Positions 27,740-30,739 of a stretch of 30,739 nt of DNA are shown in pieces. A program made the position numbers and the translations under genes. The stretch is from Verrucomicrobiota bacterium (GTDB taxonomy: Bacteria; Verrucomicrobiota; Verrucomicrobiia; Opitutales; Coraliomargaritaceae). The notes below the pieces were generated by a model. It did no database searches and was not told where the DNA came from. It worked only from the letters and a program-made list of their open reading frames with translations. The stretch is from contig JBCBZJ010000030.1 in the NCBI GenBank assembly GCA_039815375.1, positions 1 to 30,739 of the forward strand, in the 5' to 3' direction. Within the stretch, counting starts at the first letter, position 1. Every line of letters starts with the position of its first letter.

Positions 27740-28504
27740 ATGAAAGCCCTCGTCTCCATCCACGATGTCATGCCCCACACATTCGAGCGGGTGGAGCGCA
27801 TCCTTGAGTGGCTCAAGAAACAGCAGGTCCCACCCGTCACCCTACTCGTCGTGCCCGGGCGCCTCTGGCAACCCGGGCAGATCGAACGCCTACGAGTGCT
27901 CGCGACCGAGGGCTATGAACTGGCGGCTCATGGCTGGCTGCATGAAACAACCCCCCGCCGGCCCTATCACCGTCTCCATGCCGCCCTCCTTTCCCGCAAC
28001 GTAGCAGAGCATCTTGACCTTGATTCTTCAGGCATTCTTGAACTCTTGAAACGCTCCAGGAACTGGTTTTCTCAAAACGAGCTACCCAAGCCCGAATTCT
28101 ACGTGCCTCCCGCCTGGGCCCTCGGCCCTATTTCTCAAAACGACCTCGCCCAGGCACCCTACCAGCTCATCGAAACGACTCGAGGACTGATTCATTTAAC
28201 CAGAGACCCCTGCTCCAACGTATCGGCGAAAAAGTCTCCAAGCAGCGAACGCCCTGAGCCACGCGTAACCCGCTCTTTCCGGAAACTCCCCCTCACCGGC
28301 TACGAGGCCGACACCCCCTTCCGTGAGTTCTTCCTTCGCCGCTGGAACGCCGCGCAGGCGAAGTCAGCCAAAAACAACAACTTGCCCCTCCGCATCTCCA
28401 TCCATCCTGACGACCTCGAGCTCCGCGTCGCCAACCAAATGTCCAGGCAAATCCAATCGGTCGAAACCTTTTTGACCTACACAGACAAACAGGCGCTACT
28501 TTAG
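27740..28504 (+). CDS. Polysaccharide deacetylase-like protein (DUF2334/CE4 NodB fold)
   Basis: VSIHDVMP, TLLVVP, ELAAHGWLH (metal HxxxH), YVPPAW and LRISIHPDD. Confidence 0.85.
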   Translation: MKALVSIHDVMPHTFERVERILEWLKKQQVPPVTLLVVPGRLWQPGQIERLRVLATEGYELAAHGWLHETTPRRPYHRLHAALLSRNVAEHLDLDSSGILELLKRSRNWFSQNELPKPEFYVPPAWALGPISQNDLAQAPYQLIETTRGLIHLTRDPCSNVSAKKSPSSERPEPRVTRSFRKLPLTGYEADTPFREFFLRRWNAAQAKSAKNNNLPLRISIHPDDLELRVANQMSRQIQSVETFLTYTDKQALL

Positions 28505-28604
28505 AAAGTGCCAGGAGGTCAGTTTATCACCACTGAAACTCTTCCCATGTCATCTTCTTACACTTCAGAACGGGTTCCTGCGGAGAGCTGTAATGCGCAC
28601 CAAG

Positions 28605-29993
28605 TCACTTGGCGACATTATCCCAACTATACGACTCTGTCGGAGTATGAGCTTCTTCAAACACGGACACAAATCGTTCTACGACCTCCGGATGTGCGGC
28701 GGATAGGTCATTCTGTTCGGCGGAATCAGCCTGTATATCAAAAAGCATAATCCGGCCTACCTTTGGTTTATTCATTTGGAGTTGCACGGCCTTCCACTTG
28801 TGAGTGAGCGCTGCACGCGACCCGATGCCTTCATGGAATTCCCAATACAAATATTTATGTTGCTTCTGAGAGTCCGCATCGCCGAGTAAAGTCGGGAGGA
28901 AGCTGATGCCGTCGGTATCGCTCGGGGCTTCTATTTGAGCGATTTCGCACAGGGTGGGCAGAATATCCCAAAATGCTGATAGATGGTCCGTTTCCGATCC
29001 AGGAGCGACATGCCCATCCCAGCGGACGATCATCGGAACACGCAGACCACCTTCAAATAAATCGCGCTTTGTTCCTCGAAAGCCTCCACCTGAGTTAAAC
29101 CATTCGGAGTTTTGCCCGCCCTCTTTATGCGGCCCGTTGTCCGAAGAAAACATGATGATGGTGTTTTCCAAAATTCCTAATTCTTTGAGTTTGGAGACGA
29201 TTTCCCCAATCTCCCAGTCAAACCGGCTGACCATACCGGCAAACGTCGCTTTGGGTTCCGTACTCAGGCCTTTCCCTTTTCCAAGTTCCACGGGCGTATC
29301 GACCCCTACCTTGCCTCGATACTTTGCGATCCATTCTTCGGGAACATGCATTTGTGCATGTGGAATCTGTGCGCCATAGTGTAAGAAAAAAGGTTGTCCC
29401 GTCTCGGACCGTTCTTCCAGATATTGAAGAATCTCTCTGAGATACTCATCGTGAATATAAGTGTCTCCGGAGGTTTTTTTATTGTTGGGATAAGTGATTT
29501 CTTCGGCGTTGCGAAATGCAGATCGCGGAAAATAGTAATGGGCGACTCCGTGTCGGTTTTGACCAAAGAAGTAGTCGAAGCCTTTTCGATTGGGGTGACC
29601 TGGAGGGACTATCGCTCCGGTGCCCGCTTTCCCGATCATGGCAGTGTGGTATCCAGCATCTTTAAGAAGGCGTGCTACCGTAATGTCATTCGGATCCTCA
29701 CGAAGGCGAATCGACCCATTTCCGCGCACATGCGCACTCCCCATGTGCTTGCCGGTGAGAAAACTTACTCGTGAAGGCGCGCAGACCGTACTGCCGGAGT
29801 GGTGATTCGTAAAACGCATTCCCGCACTGCGGAGCTGATCGATATGCGGAGTCTGAATCACTGCCTGCCCGTAGCAGCCCAGATCTCCATAGCCTAAGTC
29901 GTCCGCCAGAATATAAATAATATTTGGTTTCTTTGATCCATGCGCGACAAGCGCCAAGCAAAACAGAATATTTAGTAAGAAGAAAATTTTCAT
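28605..29993 (-). CDS. Secreted arylsulfatase (S1 family, Cys-type formylglycine)
   Basis: Signal peptide, KPNIIYILADDLGYGD, CAPSRVSFLTG (CxPxR), FSSDNGPH, GTKRDLFEGGLRVP and WDILPT. Confidence 0.93.
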   Translation of the reverse strand: MKIFFLLNILFCLALVAHGSKKPNIIYILADDLGYGDLGCYGQAVIQTPHIDQLRSAGMRFTNHHSGSTVCAPSRVSFLTGKHMGSAHVRGNGSIRLREDPNDITVARLLKDAGYHTAMIGKAGTGAIVPPGHPNRKGFDYFFGQNRHGVAHYYFPRSAFRNAEEITYPNNKKTSGDTYIHDEYLREILQYLEERSETGQPFFLHYGAQIPHAQMHVPEEWIAKYRGKVGVDTPVELGKGKGLSTEPKATFAGMVSRFDWEIGEIVSKLKELGILENTIIMFSSDNGPHKEGGQNSEWFNSGGGFRGTKRDLFEGGLRVPMIVRWDGHVAPGSETDHLSAFWDILPTLCEIAQIEAPSDTDGISFLPTLLGDADSQKQHKYLYWEFHEGIGSRAALTHKWKAVQLQMNKPKVGRIMLFDIQADSAEQNDLSAAHPEVVERFVSVFEEAHTPTESYSWDNVAK

Positions 29994-30314
29994 CTATTGA
30001 TTTTAACGTGCGGCATTCACTGCCAATGGGGAAAATATGGGCTCTCTGCTATCTAAAAAGAGCTATTCGTAAAATCTTGTGAAGTAAGCGGAATAGATGT
30101 TCAAGAGAGAGATGACGTCTCAGGAAGAACACGATGAGTAACTATTGGGTTTGAGCCGGGACTAAAAGAAAAGCACTCCGTGGACCGATAAATACATGGA
30201 TAGCAGAACAATTGAATATGGGAGTGCCACATGCTGTAACCATATATATAAGCCCTCTTTCTAAGAGTGTGTCTAACAAATTGCTAAAAGCGTTACTTTA
30301 CTTCTCATGTATTT

Positions 30315-30379
30315 CGAAATCGAAGTCGGCGAAGCGGAAATCCAAATCAATTGCGACTTCGATTTGGATATCGATTTCG
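30315..30379. repeat. Compound inverted-repeat element built from GAAATC/GATTTC-like hexamers
   Basis: AAATCGAAGTCG (30317-30328) is a perfect inverted repeat of CGACTTCGATTT (30354-30365). ATCCAAATC (30340-30348) pairs with GATTTGGAT (30361-30369), and CGAAATCGA (30315-30323) pairs with TCGATTTCG (30371-30379). Confidence 0.7.
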
Positions 30380-30739
30380 TCAACTTTACCCAGGAGAGTC
30401 ACCATAATTGGATTTAACTGAACGTCCTCCTGGGCGAGAAGCGCACATCGCTGCCCATCAGAGCTGCAGTCACGTAGGATGCGCGAGTCCGATCGCTTGG
30501 GAATTTCTGCAGCTTCTAAAGGTAAAGCGTCTTAATGGCCCTGAAGGCAGCCACGTGCTTTCGTCACCTAAGGAATTCTTAAATCATCTCAAAGTGATGT
30601 CTACACTGTCTCCCTAAATGAGACATATCCCTTTTAAGAAGTCCGTTTGCCTATTCAGGGTGAAGAACCAGTTCGGCCTATGGGTCCTGCTTGAGTTGCC
30701 ATTCTTCGGGTCGCCGCTTTTCCACCAGATTCTCGACGA

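Noticed and set aside
30212..30617. Two 69-aa plus-strand ORFs
   Set aside because: No motifs. The first mostly translates the palindromic repeat (SKSKS...SIWISIS).
30607..30739. Short hairpin TGTCTC/GAGACA and a possible 3' end of a minus-strand gene or IS end at the window edge
   Set aside because: The stem is only 6 bp, all three minus frames are briefly open with none recognisable, and there is no transposase evidence.
1..30739. CRISPR arrays, tRNA/rRNA genes, transposases, integrases, reverse transcriptases
   Set aside because: No regularly spaced direct repeats, cloverleaf or rRNA signatures, or catalytic motifs were seen by eye.

Overview
A bacterial chromosomal window of about 50-55% GC. 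Gene content suggests a marine Verrucomicrobiota (Opitutia, Coraliomargarita-like), which is inference. From left to right: (1) a minus-strand pilM-pilN-pilO-pilP-like-pilQ (type IV pilus/secretin) operon followed directly by a 3327-aa acidic secreted protein with an RCC1 propeller and six CARDB/beta-sandwich super-repeats, whose C-terminus looks truncated at the window edge; (2) a 31-aa basic protein of the bS22/mS38 (DUF1713) ribosomal family, missed by the ORF track, with its terminator; (3) housekeeping genes pabB-pabC, lptF/G and pyrE; (4) a nickel-pincer nucleotide (NPN) cofactor biosynthesis locus (larE divergent from larC-larB) with no larA in the window, flanked by a small His-motif membrane protein, an EamA transporter and a Tat-exported aldo/keto reductase (AKR) with an altered catalytic tetrad; (5) a DUF3817-GtrA-sulfotransferase-GT4-DUF2334 deacetylase cluster and a convergent secreted arylsulfatase; (6) a non-coding tail with a palindromic element. 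The best candidate for a new system is the Tat-exported AKR as a non-LarA, periplasmic NPN-dependent enzyme.
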